In this document: one piece after another, positions 31,057-49,528 of the stretch
Layout: every line of letters starts with the position of its first letter
Numbering within the stretch: the stretch's first letter is position 1
Assembly: GCF_009914755.1 (NCBI RefSeq)
Contig: NC_060939.1
Reading direction: 5' to 3' (one strand)
DNA length: 64,000 bases
DNA from: the human T2T-CHM13v2.0 reference genome, Homo sapiens
Position numbers and translations under genes: made by a program
Notes under the pieces: model-generated
Database searches by the model: none
Told to the model about the DNA's origin: nothing
Seen by the model: the letters and a program-made list of their open reading frames with translations, nothing else

Positions 31057-31435
31057 TATCACGTGATCTCACATACATATGAAATCTAAAAACCTTCTAA
31101 GAGTAGAGCTCAGAATGGTGGTTCCACGGGCTAGGGAGAAGAGGAAATGGGGAGATAATGGTCAGAGGACACAAATTTTCAGCCAGACAGGAGGAATGAC
31201 TGAAAGAGCTCTATTGTACAACATGGTGACTGTACTTAACAACAATGTATTGTATACTTAAAAATCACTAAGGGAGTAAATATTAAAAGTTCTCATCACA
31301 AGACAATAATAAGTATGTGAGGTGGCGCATATATTAATTAGCTCCATTTAAACATTCTACATTGTACACATATATCAAAACATCATTTTGTATACCTTTA
31401 ACATACAATTTTTTTGTCAATTAAAATTAAATATA

Positions 31436-31730
31436 GGCCAGGCATGGTAGCTCACGCCTGTAATCCCAGCACTTTGGGAGGCCAAGGCAGGTGGATCACC
31501 TGAGGCTGGGAGTTCAAGACCAGCCTGACCAATATGGAGAAACCTCGTCTCTACTAAAAATTAGCCAGGCGTGGTGGCACATACCTGTAATCCCAGCTAC
31601 TCGGGAGGCTGAAGGAGGAGAATCACTTGAAGCAGGAGGCAGAGGTTGTGGTGAGCTAAGATTGCACCATTGCCCAGCCTGGGCAACAAGAGTGAAACTC
31701 CGTCTCAAAAAAAAAAAAAAAAAAAAAAAA
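31436..31730 (+). mobile_element. AluSp-like
   Basis: GCCTGACCAATATGGAGAAACC diagnostic; near-TSD AAAA(T/G)TAAATATA. Confidence 0.92.
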
Positions 31731-31738
31731 GTAAATAT

Positions 31739-32080
31739 AGTTCATGTCCTTTGCAGGGACATGGATGAAGCTAGAAGCCACCATTCTCAGCAAACTAACA
31801 CAGGAACAGAAAACCAAACACTGCATGTTCTCACTCATAAGTGGGAGTTAAACAATGAGAACACATGGACACAGGGAGGGGAACATCACACACTGGGGCC
31901 TGTAGGGAAGTGGGGGGCAAGGGGAGGGAGAGCATTAGGACAAATACCTAATGTATGCGGCGCTTAAAACCTAGATGACAGGTTGATAGGCACAGCAAAC
32001 CACCATGACACTTCTATACCTATGTAACAAACCTGCACATTCTGCACGTGTATCCCAGAACTTGAAGTAAAATTTAAAAA
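31739..32080 (+). mobile_element. L1PA7/8-like 3' end
   Basis: GTCCTTTGCAGGGACATGGATGAAGCT...GTATCCCAGAACTT. Confidence 0.85.
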
Positions 32081-32214
32081 TATATATGTATAAATTAACC
32101 AATTTTAAAAATAAATACATACATACATAGAAAAAATATGACTTGTTTAATCATGGCCACTTAATTTGCCATGCAAGTCTTAAAATAAGAGTTTTGTGAC
32201 TTCTTTCTTTTATG

Positions 32215-33120
32215 TAATAAACTTTTTACTTTTGGAATAATTTTAGATCTACAGAAAAGCTGCAAAAAAAGTAAAGAGAGTTATCTTATCCAGCTTCCCT
32301 TAAAGTTAACATGTTACACAACCATGCTACGTTTGCCAAAACTAAGAAACCAATATTAAATTCTGAATTTTCATTAACAGTAATGTATTTGCATTCCACT
32401 AAGTTTTTACACCAACGTTCTTTTTCTGTTCCCAGTATCCAGTTCAGGATACTATCTGGCACTTAATCATTACGTTTCCTTGGGTTCCTCTGGCCCGTGG
32501 CCAACTCTTAGCCTCTCCTTGTTACTGTGTATCGACAGTTTGAAGATTACTGGTCAGGTCCTTAGAATGCTCTTTAATTTGTGTTTGTCTGATTATTTTT
32601 TTCCTGATTAGGCTGGAATTATGAGCTTTTGGAAAAAATTCTGCAGAGGTTAAGCTTCCTTCTCATCACTTCATATCAAGGGGATGTGATATCAACATGC
32701 CTCATTACTGGTGATGTTCACCTTGATCATGTGGTCAAGGAGGCGTTTGCTAGGTTTCTCTACCACACAGATACTCTTTCCCGGCTTTCAATACTCTAGT
32801 CTTGCATGTGAATCACTAAGTCCAGGCCAGGCACAAGGTGGCCTGGGAGGTAGACACTAAGGTCCAATTCCTGGAAGAGACAGTATCTATTCATATTATC
32901 TGGAATTCTTCTACAAAGAGTTGTCCTTCTTCTTTCTTTTGTATTTACTTGTTCATTTAATCATTTATTTATATCAGTGTAACCTCATGTATATTGATTT
33001 TATACTTTGGGTTGTAAGCCAATACCATGTTATTTATTTTATATCAGGGTCACTTTTATATCTCTCTGATATGCCCCATCCTTTTTGCTTTTTTGAGCAT
33101 TTTCATTATTCTGGCACTTG
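32215..33120 (-). mobile_element. Old L1MC/L1ME-like 3' region
   Basis: Degenerate antisense L1M sequence; boundaries approximate. Confidence 0.55.
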
Positions 33121-33519
33121 AAAATGATACACGCTTTTCTGGCTATCTCTTGCCTCAGTGCACAGACTAGCACCTCCAGTATCATGTTGAATAACAATGG
33201 TAAGAGCAGACATCCTGTTGTTTTAATTTCTAATCTCTGAGAATGCTCTTACAACATTTTTTCATTCAATATAAAAACACCTTTCTCACATTTAGAAAGT
33301 GTATTCCTATTTCTAATATAGTGATAGTTTCTTTTTTAACAATCATAACTAGACAGTTCAATTTTTTAAAATGTTTTTTTTCATGGAGAATTATGTTGAT
33401 TGATTTTCATATGTTAAACTAATCTTGTATCCCTGGCCCCCAACATGACCATGATGTATTTTCCTTTATGTATATGTCACTAGACTCAGTTTGCTAATGT
33501 TTTTATTTGGATTTATTTT

Positions 33520-33875
<356 letters not shown>

Positions 33876-34703
33876 TAACTTATTAAGAATTCAAGAGCAA
33901 TTTTATTTTTTCCGATACTCTTATTTTGGTTTTGGTTGTGACCAAGATTATCTTTCCCTCATTGGAAAGTATTTTCTCTTCTTCTATTCTCTAGAATGAT
34001 TTGTGTAATATGACTTCTTATTTCTTCCTCAAATGTTTGGTGGTAAAAATCATCAGTAAATCCTTTGGGACTTGGCATTTCTTGATGACAAATTGTTTAA
34101 TTACAGATTCAATTTTATAATTATAGGGTTGTGAAGACTTTATATTTTTGAATGCACTTTAATAAATCATATGCTTGGAGGAAGTTGTCTGTTTTTCAGC
34201 AATTTTTGTATAAAGATTTTCATAGTATAAAGATAATTTTGTATAAAGATTTTCATAGATTTACTAGTTATTTTTTAATACCTGTATGATCTGTGGCCAT
34301 ATCTCTGTTTCAGTCCTAAAATTTGTTATTTGTGTCTTAATTACCTTAGAATTCATTATAAATTATTTTCATATAATTTATATTTATAATAATTATTTTT
34401 ATACTTATATTTATGTTAAATATATAAATTATGTAAACTATAAGTAACTGTATAAATCATCATGTATGATTTCATGTGTGTGTGTGTGTAATGAGTGAGA
34501 CAGAGAGTGAGAATAATATAATCAACCACCATTAACCTATCACCCAGCTTCAAAAATTATCAACTCAGGGCCAAGTGTTTTATTAAAAACCCCATAAATT
34601 CTCTAATATGAACAGAGATGTAAAATTATGTTAAATACATTACAGAGATCTTTTCAAATGTTTATTGGGCATTCAGTTCATTCAATCAAGAATTGTCTTT
34701 TTC

Positions 34704-35004
34704 TTTTTTTTTTTTTTAAATTTTGAGACAGTCTTGCTTTGTCGCCCAGGCTGGAGCGTAGTGGCAAGATCACAGCTTACTGCAACCTCCGCCTCCCAGG
34801 TTCAAGCGATTCTTGTGCATTAGCCTCCCAAGTAGCAGGGACTATAGGTGTGTGCCACCACACCTGGCTAAATTTTGTATTTTTACTAGAGGCGGGGTTT
34901 CACCATGTTGGCCAGGCTGATCTCGAACTCCTGACCTCAACTGATCCACCTGTCTCAGCCTCCCAAAGTGCTGGGATTACAGGTGTGAGCCACCGCACCC
35001 GGCT
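34704..35004 (-). mobile_element. AluS
   Basis: Reverse dimer flanked by AATTGTCTTTTTCT on both sides. Confidence 0.93.
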
Positions 35005-35099
35005 GAAAATTGTCTTTTTCTATTGGGTCATTTTTCTATTCTATACTGATTTTTACATAACCCATTGGGTTCAAAATTATTCTTTTTATGAACAGCCAA

Positions 35100-35335
35100 T
35101 CTAAAATAGCATCTCCCATCTCTCACGAAGCTCTATTCTCCCACCTGCTTTAGTTCTCTCCTTGGTACTTTCTGAAATCTGAGGTTTATCAACATATGTA
35201 ATGACGTATTTATTAGTGTCTGCCTCTCCTATGAGGGGAGGATATTAGTTTTGTTTCCTACAGTTACCCTGGTGACTAGAACAGGGCCTGGCACATAGAC
35301 ATTCAATAAGGATTTGTTTGAATGGATTAATTAAC
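35100..35335 (+). mobile_element. L2 3' end
   Basis: CTAGAACAGGGCCTGGCACATAG...CAATAAGGATTTGTTTGAATG. Confidence 0.7.
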
Positions 35336-35819
35336 TTGATTGATGTATAATCTGAATATACTAAGCCCCTGTCAGCTATATCACATGGTTAGAGATACAT
35401 GATACCTAATCCTTGCTGGCTTATGGTGTCTTTTTGCATACAGGTATGTTTAACTTTAATGTTGTCAAATTATTATAATACCTATTTTCTTATGATTGTC
35501 TACATTAGTAAATCTGTCCCCATCCTGAGAACAAGAACATGATCCTTATTCTTCCAAAGACATGCTTAATTTCGCTGCTCACTATTAGGTTTTAATCTAT
35601 CTGAAACATTTTTATAAACGGTGTCTGATAAAAATCTACATTTTTCCTGAATAAACAGTGTTTGGATCACTTTATCCCATAATTTACCTCTTACTTGCTG
35701 ATCTGCAATGCATTTCTTTGCACTTAAGGTTTGATTCTCTTTTGCCTATTGGCTATGTCTATGTACTGCCACGTTGTTTAATTTTCATAGATTCCTAGTA
35801 GGTTTGATAGTTTTAGTTG

Positions 35820-36301
35820 GTGAGTGCCCACCCACTTTGGTTCCAGTGCACGATTTGCTAGAAAGACTCACAGGACACAGACAGCTGTTAGACTCACAGC
35901 TATTGTTAATTACAGTGAAAGGATATAGATTAGAAGCAGCAAGGAAAAAGGTGCACACAGCAGAGTCCAGCACTAAGGAGGAGGCATGGGCTTCCAGTTG
36001 TGCTCCACATGACTGACCTCAACCACTCAGTCTCCAGTCAGCTGTCTGCCACCCCCAGAGGTCAAAGTGACACAATGTGACCCAAGGCCCAGGCATACAT
36101 AAACAGGTGTTCACTATAAAGCATGTTGATAGCATGTGGTGTGACCCAAAGCTTCAGGTTTACAAAGTCACTCAAATCACACAGAATATTACAAAGGCTC
36201 AGAGGTTATCTCCAGGAGCCTGTCAGGGACTGTCCTGAAGCCCTTCGGAATATGCAGGGTTTGGGCAGCCCAGGCCTGCTGAGTTAACACTTTACTGCAC
36301 A
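35820..36301. mobile_element. MER21-like ERVL LTR
   Basis: GATTTGCTAGAAAGACTCACAG...TTACAGTGAAAGGATA...CCTGCTGAGTTAACACTTTACTGCACA resembles the MER21 family as recalled. Confidence 0.6.
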
Positions 36302-37125
36302 GTTCTTCTTTTCCAAAATTTTTTTTTCTTGGCCCTATACACTTTCATATAAATTTTATATTTAACTTTTTTCAATGAAATACCCTGCTGGTATTTATAT
36401 TTGAATTGCATTTAATTATTAAATATCTTCATAATATTTAGGCCTCTGATACAAAAACTTTGCCTATCTACTCATTCATTTTTAGTTTATTTTCTGTGTT
36501 GAAAGACAATGCTACATTTACTTCTGCATAAATGTTTTGCATATCTATGTTAGATTTAATTTTAGGTATATTGCTTTCTGTGAGTAAAGTATATACTTTA
36601 TTTTTTTAAATTCAGGATATTTGCATCTCTCTCCATAAACGAGCTTGGACTATAATGCTTTATTCTCACATATTTTTATATATTTATTTCTGTTTCTTTT
36701 TCTATTCTCTAGTACAGATGATATAAGACTAGAAGTATCTGTACCTTGAATAGAATTTATTAGCAACACATCTTTGGTACTTTGTCAAAGTTAATTTTCA
36801 AGAGTTGATGTAATTCATTTAATTCATGTAGGACCATTAAAGTTTTCTATCTCCTGTAATTACTTCAGCTGGTATAAATTTTTCTAGGAAACAGGCAACT
36901 GTAATTTGCCATACTGTAGGTTGTCTAGTGGACCTGTAACTTCTGCCTGGCTCTCCCTGGCTCTTACATCTCTTCATTTCTGGAAGAAGTCAGCCACCAC
37001 CCTGAGAGGACACTCAAGCAGCCCTGGGGCAGGAGGTTGTGTGGGAAGGAATGGACTTCTCAGAACCTACTTCCCAGAAATGTGAGTTAGCTGCCTTGGA
37101 AGTAGGTTCTCCAGTTCAAGTCTTT

Positions 37126-40446
<3,321 letters not shown>

Positions 40447-41277
40447 TTACATGGCCGTTACCCCAGACATCTGCCTGAAGCCTCCTGAGAGCTCCCAAAC
40501 CAGAAATATATATTTGAGCTGCTCCTAAGTACATGACCCACCCACAAATGAGAGATCATCAAAGATTATTGTTTTTGAAATCACTAAGTAGGGGGGCGAC
40601 CTGTTATGCAACAATATATTACTAATACAAATGTTTTCTTATGATTACAAATAAAAATTGTTATTTGACTGACTTATGAGGATTTTAAAATATTAACATA
40701 CAATCTTTTTTGTTATTTTTTATTTTGATTTCTAATTGCATTGCCTTACGACTGAAGAACAATTGGATAACGTCTGCATATCTTTATTGAAAATTTTCTT
40801 GTATTTATGGCACATAGCCCATTTTTATAAATGTTCCATGAGTGAATGAGAATATGTACTTTCTAATTATTTGTTGCAGTTAAATATTGACACACTTGAC
40901 AAATATGTGATCACTTTACTTACCAATTTCTTCATGAAGTTCTGACTGTGCATAGTTGATATTATGTTCTTAGGTTTAGACAAAAACTGTTGTCTATTTC
41001 TGAGGAGTTGTATACTTGACCCTCATGTACTGAATGTATTTATTCCTAATGATACATTTTACTGTATGGTTTATTTTTCTGGATGGTAATAATACCATGG
41101 TGGCTTTCTTCTGATTAGAAAATGTCTGCTATATATTTTCCTTCCTTTTATATTAATATGTCTATTTCCCTATACTATACACATGTTTACTCTCAACATT
41201 TTTCTGTTATAAAATATTTCAATACGAATATCTATGTCTTTTTATTGGCATGTATTCATCTCGTCTCCATCCCATTT

Positions 41278-41660
41278 GTGGAGGAGAGATTCCCACACTG
41301 GGGTTATGGAAATGACTGGACACATGACACCCAACACTAGACAGTTGAGTTCACACCAGCTTATTAGTCACAGGCACACACAGCCCAGGGGAGGATGGAA
41401 CCACATGATGTGGGGCCACATGAGGGCTGCGCTTGGAAACAGAGTGAACAAGCAGGAGCTGAGGGAGTCAGGCTTTGTAGTAACAAGAGGGTGGAGTGAC
41501 ACTTGCTTCCGGGCTCTGCCACCCATGATAAGGAAGGTTGTCTAGTGGACCTGCCACTGGAGCAGGGTGGGTAGGGGTATTATAGTTAGGCTATTCAAGG
41601 TCCTCCAGATTCTACGTATAAAGTGGCAGATAATGTTAATTTTGTGCCTTAGAAGAAACA
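41278..41660. mobile_element. ERVL LTR fragment (MER74/MER73-like)
   Basis: TTATTAGTCACA...CACAGCCCAGGGGAGGA...GGAAACAGAGTGAACAAGCAGG resembles this family as recalled. Confidence 0.45.
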
Positions 41661-42105
41661 TCTTTTGATCGTTTATATTTATTATTTTACCAATACATTT
41701 AGATGTATTCCATTCTTTTTATTATATGCTATGTATTATGCTCATTTTTCTGTTTTTGCTTTTTAGTATCTTGCTGGAGAGCTATACATTTTATTTCCCT
41801 ATTTTTGAAGATTCCCTTTCATATTTTAATACATATAGTTAACTATACAGTTTTAATTCCACCAGTTAACCAGGATAATTCAAAGACCTTAGGATTCATG
41901 AATTCTAATCAGCTCCCTTTCAAGTTCCATTATTTAAAATCTGGTATTTTAGCTTCACCTGGTTTTTTAAATCTGAAATTAATTATGCTGTAGTTACGAG
42001 AACTGCCATCATTTTCTATCTTTATCCTGCTAGATGGGTCAACTGGAATCCTAGGTGGAGGGCCTGCCCTTCACAGCTGCCTTGTGTTTGCTTCTGCTAG
42101 AACCC

Positions 42106-42550
42106 TGTGGTGACACAGTGATGGCCACCCTGATATCCCTTCAGGAGTAAAGGGCTTATTGCCCCAAGACTGACAGTGCTGCCAGCAGAAGCCCTGGACA
42201 GACAGTCCTTTCAGGAGTAAGGACTTACTGCCTGCCCCATCTGACAGTGCAGTCAGGTGCCAGCCCTTCCGACATGGCCCCACCACCCAAGGTCATGGCC
42301 CCCTCCCAGAGCATCCCGAGACTGATTCACTTGGAGCACTAAGGGCCTCGCCTCTCGCCCTACTCCAGATAATTCTTAAGAGCCACGTAATCTTTAGAAC
42401 TCCCTGCAAGGCTGGCTGAGTCTTGCCCTCTTCCTCGGCCCAGTCCCAGTCCTGCTTTCTACTCCTCACTTCCAGGTGGAGATTCCAAGAGCATTCCCTC
42501 ATCCCTCTCCTGCATGTCAGTCTCTGTCTCAGAGCTTGCTTCCCACAACA
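42106..42550 (+). mobile_element. LTR16-like ERVL LTR
   Basis: TGTGG start; ends with TCTCTGTCTCAGAGCTTGCTTCCC. Confidence 0.5.
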
Positions 42551-44332
42551 ATGTCACAGTGGTATTACCATCCAGGAAACAATTCCTATCAGTGTCTTAC
42601 TTTGTCCACTCCCAAGCCACAAGGAGAGCATGAATTCACACGTGAATACACTGGAGGCATCAGCCTTTGCCTATAAATTCTTAGGGGAGACTTTACCACC
42701 TAGAACCTGCGATCAGTCAAACAGGCTCTCTGTTGTTTCTCTGAACCCACAGGAGGTTGAATGTTTTTCTAGTCTCTGGCTTACTGGGAGGGAGGGGCAG
42801 TGTCAGCATATAGGACAGGCTTACTGTGGATCTAGGTCTAATTTCTACCTGATGCAGCCCAGAGCACCACCTCCTACTATAAAACAAAGATGTCAGTGAG
42901 GTCCACTCATGTGCTTTACAGTTCTGGTTTGCAGATTCGTCTTAAAATGTGGTCTTGGGACTTTGTTGGAATTTCAGCTCCCCATTTGAAACTGTTTGCT
43001 ACAGTATCCAGTACTTCTGAATGTTCTGCACTAGGGAGATACTCAATTATCTGCTCTGCCCTATTGCTGGGAATGAACATCTTCTCATTATAAATGATGT
43101 AAGCATTGTTTATGCATTTTTTATGAGCTTGATTTGTGAGATTCGTCCTTTCAGAGACCTATTCTTGTAGGAACTGGTATAATGAGGTTTCTAAATCTAA
43201 AATGCATAGAATCTCAGGCTCTGCTGCTGTGGAAACTCCTCCAGGTACAGACACAATTGTACAGACAGTGCAGCGCAGCTAATATCCTCATCTCAAAGAG
43301 ATCCGTTTAGTTGAACGCATTATCTACCAAAGAAATCAGGCCCTTGCGTTCATTTGATAAAGGAAGTCCCACTGGATTGCATATTTCCATCTTTTTCTTC
43401 TAAACTCTATGACTCCAGAACCGGGCTCAGGGCCTGGAAATCATAAGGGCTTAACATAGTTATTTTGATGAATTTTTTAAGAAGTGATTTTCCTCATTCT
43501 GTACTTTCTTCCAAAGAGTGAAAAAGAAATCGATTTTGCTGAGTTTTTGGAATAAATCAAATATGTTAGATATGGTTTTTCTACCTTATAGAGGAGTAAC
43601 AGTACCATGGTTTCTGAAAACTTGAAACAGCACAGAAGTGGCTGCTCTCAGCCTAGACAGGAGTTCTCCTGAATATTATCTGTGAGTAATGACCTTCAAG
43701 TTCATATGAATAGCACTTTTCAAATGGGCCCTAAAACATTCTTCTTTAACTTTAAAAAGACTTGGAAGTAATATTTCTCTGAATTACTGCACTGCACAAT
43801 GAATGTCTTTCTTTGCCAGTGAAGGGTATGTCTGGACTAAATAATTTTGTTTTGCACCAAAAATAAATGTATTCTACTAAGGAATTATATTGGAGTACAT
43901 GTAAATGCCTAGCTTAAAAAGAAATGGCTCACATTAAGGTAAAAGCTCATAGTTTAAAAATTAGACTTCCACCTTCTTGTAAGGAGTAATGCCGCATCCT
44001 TTCCAACTGTCCTTTGATGAAGAAGATTAGCAGATGAATGGATACAACTCTTCCAGCTGAAAGAATCCTTAGAGGTCATTAAAGGGAACTCCCTACCTAA
44101 TATGAGTATTGACATTACAATAGATAACAAAGAATGGGCTTGGGAGGAATCAGACATGGATTCTTTGAAACCAGAGCCATCCCTTCTTGCCTTTCTCTGT
44201 GCTCGGCTCAAGATTACCATCAGTAATTTCCTCTTTCCTTTCTTCCATCAAGACAAACCTGATCTGTCCTGTGCTACACTTTCTCAGTTCTTATCAGGTG
44301 ACAGAGTGCTTCATGCTAAGTTGCTAATAGTT

Positions 44333-44633
<301 letters not shown>

Positions 44634-45180
44634 AGTTGTTAATAGTTAATAATACCTTGATCTCATACCACTTTCCTGCAGAATGTTCAAGTGAAACATT
44701 AACTTTATTTCTAATTTAAAATAGAGATCTTTGGGGCTTATGTAGGCTATTATATAGGGCTGAATCAGATAATTTGGTTTGATGCTCTTTTTAATGCTCC
44801 CAAAGTCAGAATGCCTGTACTCTACCTGTGAGGCTAGTCCTGACGTGGCCTCCAGATGGACTACTCCAGAAAGGTTTTCCTTCATATCATTTGCCAGTTA
44901 TCTGAATCCCTCTGTCTTGGGATGAAGATTGAGCACACACTCAATGCATTAAACACAAATGACCTAAGTGAGCATTTAAAAGCTGATCTTGGCAACTTTG
45001 GTAATGCTGGGAGTAATGTCAATTATTTTTAAATTATAAAATTATAAAATTACTCTGAATGTACCACACTGACTTGCTTTTCACTACAACATTCTAGAAA
45101 GCAGCGTGGATCAAGGCTTTTTCTTTTGCAGAATCTATCAAATTTCAGGAGGGAGAGACATGAAGGACCCGAGCACAGAC

Positions 45181-45731
45181 TGGGGTAGACGGTGTCTCTG
45201 ATGGGTCCTGGTGATTCCTGCCTCCTGGTAGGCAAGCCCTCCCCTGAGTTTCAGCTGGACTTAGTGACTCACTTCTAACATACAGAACACAGCAGATGTC
45301 ACTTCTGAGATTAAGTTACAAAAAGGCAGTGTCTTTTGCCTTGAGCACTCTCTCTTGCTCTCTGCTCAGTCTGAGGGAAACCAGCTGCTATGCTGTGAGC
45401 TTCCTAATGGAGAGACCCACAGAGTCAAGAACTGAGGTGGCCTCAGCTAATAACCAGCAAGGAGCTGAGCCCTCTGTCCAATAACCTGAAAGGGGCTGAA
45501 TCCTGCCAACTCTACAAGAGTTAAGTTTGAGTGGCTCCTTGCTCAATTAAACCTTTAGACAAGATTACAGTCTGAGCTGACAGCTGGATGGTGACCTTGT
45601 GAGAGATTCAGAGCTGAAGATGCATCCAAGCCATATCCAGTTTCCTGGCCCACAGAAACTGTGAACTAATGGTGGTTTTAAGCCTGTATGTTTGGGGATG
45701 ATTTGTTGTGCAACAATTGATACCTAATACA
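45181..45731 (+). mobile_element. MLT1E-like MaLR LTR
   Basis: GATTCCTGCCTCCTGG...GTGACTCACTTCTAAC...CCCACAGAAACTGTGA...CTAATACA. Confidence 0.75.
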
Positions 45732-47983
45732 CAAGGTAAAACATATAGAACTATTCTGATTTAATCTTTTCTTCTGGAACTAACAGCAAGAGGAAACCAG
45801 TTCTGGTTAATAAAAAAGTTAAGAACTGATGTGGCCAGTTAGCAATTTTTTTGTATTTCTTTAAAATATTGCATGTCTTAAGTATTGTATGTGCTTATCT
45901 CAATATAAGGCAAAATACGTTTACAATTGTGTTTTAGAATTCAGGCTTCACAGCCAACACCCAGGCACCATGGTCAATGATTGCTTTGGACTCTAAATGA
46001 AAAACGATTGAATGTTAAGCTTGCAAATGCAGCATTATAAGATATCAATTGTGGCAGGCATCAGAATTCTCCTGTCTCTAACTTAAAATTGGGGGCTCAG
46101 CATAGCTCCTCCCCCATTTTTTATACTTTTAATCAGATACAGTCATCAATACTTTTCTAAACAATTATTTGAATTTGCTCTGCTTAGCAATACCTATTAC
46201 TAGACCCTCATCACTTGAACTCAAGTAAAAAAAAAAAAAAAAGGGAGAGAAAGATATCTTATGAGCACCTGTCAAGTACGAGGTCCTACACCTGATATTT
46301 ATAGAGGCAAAGATGGAGTGGTCTAGTGTCTATGCTCAGATAAGTGGCTGCAAATTAGGGATAAGTAAACACTACACAATGCATCTAATATGAGGCAGAA
46401 GATGTCCAATGCCACAGAGACATACCAAAAAAGTGACATGAGGTTTCAAACCAGAGAGACTTCAGAGCTAATCGAGAAGATCAGAGAGGATATGTGAAGG
46501 GTCTCATGCCCAGCAGCTTGGTGCCTTGTCAGCTCCACGCAGGGATGGATTACTCTGCAGTCACATGAGAAAGTGGCCCAGCTTCTCAGGGAGCATCTCT
46601 TCTGAGGCCATGTCTTCTTTTCTGTTGACACCCATCACAGTGAGTTGGTCTCAGGTCCATCTTTGACCTGCCTGCCCGAACTCCTCATTGGATATGAGGT
46701 TCTGTTTCCCCAGTACTCTGGGACCTGGTCCCATTTCATTCCCCACATACAGTGTTGTGCTTGGTCATGGAGGGAACAGGTAGGCCACACTTCCCAAGCC
46801 AGCCCCATCTGGTTTCCCAGTCCTGAGTTCTCTGCTTACTTTGGAAGGCAGCTCAGACAGAGTTGACATTTGTGATGAGGAATGGGGTAGATGGCAGTGT
46901 AGAGGGAGATGCTCAACCACCTTGGAGTGAAAAACACCAGGCACACAGCTTAAAGCTGGAGGTATGTAAATACTGTACCCTCTTCTTTGTGTTCAATCTA
47001 GGAAGCTTCCAGGATCAAATATCATGGTTTACAGAACTGTCCTTGCAATTGAAGGTTTTATGTAATGGATAGTGTTTGTTTCTAGGAGAAGGTCTAAAGG
47101 AATTTGCCTCTATGGCTGGTTTTATCCTCTGTAATTTAGGGGACACAAAAGGGGTACTTAAAAATGCATGCTTTCAGTAGATTTTATTTAAAATAATCTA
47201 CATAACTTTGGTATGCTGGGAGGCAAACAGGGGGTCTAACTGCACTTTATAAAGTATGGGATGGCAAAAGATGAAAAAAATACCAGCAGTTTTCCTCTTG
47301 GACTCTAATTGAATTCACTCTTTTGCAATATAGGTCATTATAGTAACAGCAGGGGCTGTGGAATTATGAGAGTGGAGAAGATATTATAATTTTGAGATCC
47401 TTAAATTCATGGTGAATAGAGTTTTCTTTCAGTCATATTTGGTGAGGAATATATTTGACACCCAAGAGAAATTTGGAATATCATTAAGTCAATACATTCT
47501 GTGAAGACCAAAATTCTTTTCTCTATTATCATGGAGTCTTAGGACAAAAAAAAATTGTGAGAAGTCAGAGGATGGAATAGATTTTGGGAGCAGTGTGAAT
47601 AACGGTGCTATATTGGGAAAGAGTAGATTAGGGTGAGGATTGGAATTTAAAGATCTATTGAAGGGAAAAAAAGACATCACAGGGTTATCAGTTTAATAGA
47701 ACTGATCCAAATATCAGAAAAAAAAATGATCAGACATGGTGCCCAGTATAGAATGAGTGAAAAGAGGATGATGAAGATAAGTTATTAGGAGGCTACTGTA
47801 ATAGCTCAGGCCAAAAGAATGAACATGTATTACTGTGCCTGCCTTAGTCCAAAGATGAGCAATGATCTCTAAGACCATTTAGTGTGCTAAATTGAGAAGC
47901 CAGTAGGAGACAATTTTGAACCATTACTAAGTTATTTGAGCTTTCGATGAGAAAAGCATGCAATTCCCTTACTCAGGTTATGT

Positions 47984-48056
47984 TGGGATTTGAAATGTAG
48001 ACTGAAGTATTTCTAGCTTCCCCATAATCAATTTCAATTTTGCCAAGCTTTGAGGC
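47984..48056 (+). repeat. 73-bp dispersed direct repeat, copy 1
   Basis: 70/73 identical to 49529-49601. Confidence 0.95.
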
Positions 48057-49528
48057 GATGGGAATTCAATGAGGGTCATTAATCCTACTGAGAATAAAGC
48101 AGACACAGTCCACAGAGTTTCAGGCTCTGATTGTGTGTAGACTCAGCCATTGTATATAGGCCATGGTCCAGCCAGCTGCACAGGAGCTCCGTGGAGGCCC
48201 ACAGGCAAAGTGAGAAAGTAGGTATCAAAAAAATTGGGATCATGTCTTTGTTCCAGCCACTGGGTCCTCAGCCCCGTGGGGCATGGTTGTCCTTCTCCTC
48301 TGACCAAAGCACATGTGCACTGCCAGCCTCTGGTTCAGGGACCTTCTGCCCTGGTGAGCTCTCACTCTCTGGGCTACTGAGAAGCTGTCTGCAACCATCA
48401 TGTACCTGTTTTTAGTTGTGACTGCTTTGCTGGATGAAATGTTCGGGCATTGATATAACCTCAGCGAACAGTAAGGCATAATTTGTTCATACCATGTCCT
48501 CCTTATTAGAACCATCAGAGAACTGTGAGATCTCAGAGTTAGATATCTATGCTTCTTTGGGTCTTAAAAACCCTTTGAATTATATGAACAGTGATATTTC
48601 CTACTTACACTAACTGCTAGGAAGTTCTGGATCTGTGTGTTCTCAGTTCTAACAAAGTGTCCAGAACCTGAGTGGATACTTTATTTTTTTCTGTACTCAT
48701 TTGCCTTTTTCTGGCTTTATTTTCCTGTCCTTTTTTTTTTGCCCTTTTCCCATTTCTCTGCTTTAATTTTTTTTCTGAATTTCAAGTCCTCGTTGAAAAT
48801 AAAACTGGTGATACAAAATTATGTTTACAGAAAAAAGCAGCCCTTCAGCTTATTATACTTTTATTTTGATGAGCACCAAAATATCTTTTTCTTCAAATCA
48901 ACACATGAGGCTTTTTTACTTAACAAGTTATTTCCTAATTTGAGACATCCTTTCTCACATATGATCATCTTTTGCAAGTTAAGTCACCTACACTTATTTA
49001 TCAGCTTTGAGAAATCTCCTCCAACCACAGTATTTCCACGATGAAATGCACATTTTCATGAAACACACATCTTTTATAAATGTGCTGTGATCTGCAGCCA
49101 TAAAATGGCCATCCACAGTTATTGCTTTGCTACTGAGCCCGTCTGCACCAGCACCTCCCCTGACCATCTGTTGCCCAAACCCATGCATCCTGCGAAGGCA
49201 TTTGTTCACATTGCTTCCTGTCAGCCTCCAGCCTTCTCTCCTTCTGTCTAGTCACAACCTTGTCATGAGTTCTAGTGCCAGGACAACTGTAGAACTATGA
49301 TCTGATTCCAGGGCCCAAAACGTCATGGTAAGCTTGAGACCCCTGATTGCCACTCTTATGGAAGCCCCATTGGCCACGCTGGCATCTTGTATTTGTGGAC
49401 CACAGGGTATAGAGATTAAACCATCTCATTAGCACCCTCTTGTGAATAGAAAAGAGAACCCCAGAGACTGGAGGGAGAATCCAGCCCAGACTGAGGGATG
49501 GGCAATCCTCAACCAGCCTCCCCACAGC

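Larger units (their letters stand above)
30470..31435 (+). mobile_element. L1MA-like 3'UTR interrupted by AluJ
   Basis: GAAATAAGCTAAGCACAGAAAGACAAATA ... GATCTCAC...CTATTGTACAACATGGTGAC. Confidence 0.72.

Noticed and set aside
30683-31082. Lys/Glu/Arg-rich and Phe/Leu/Ser-rich ORFs
   Set aside because: Translations of the purine microsatellite.
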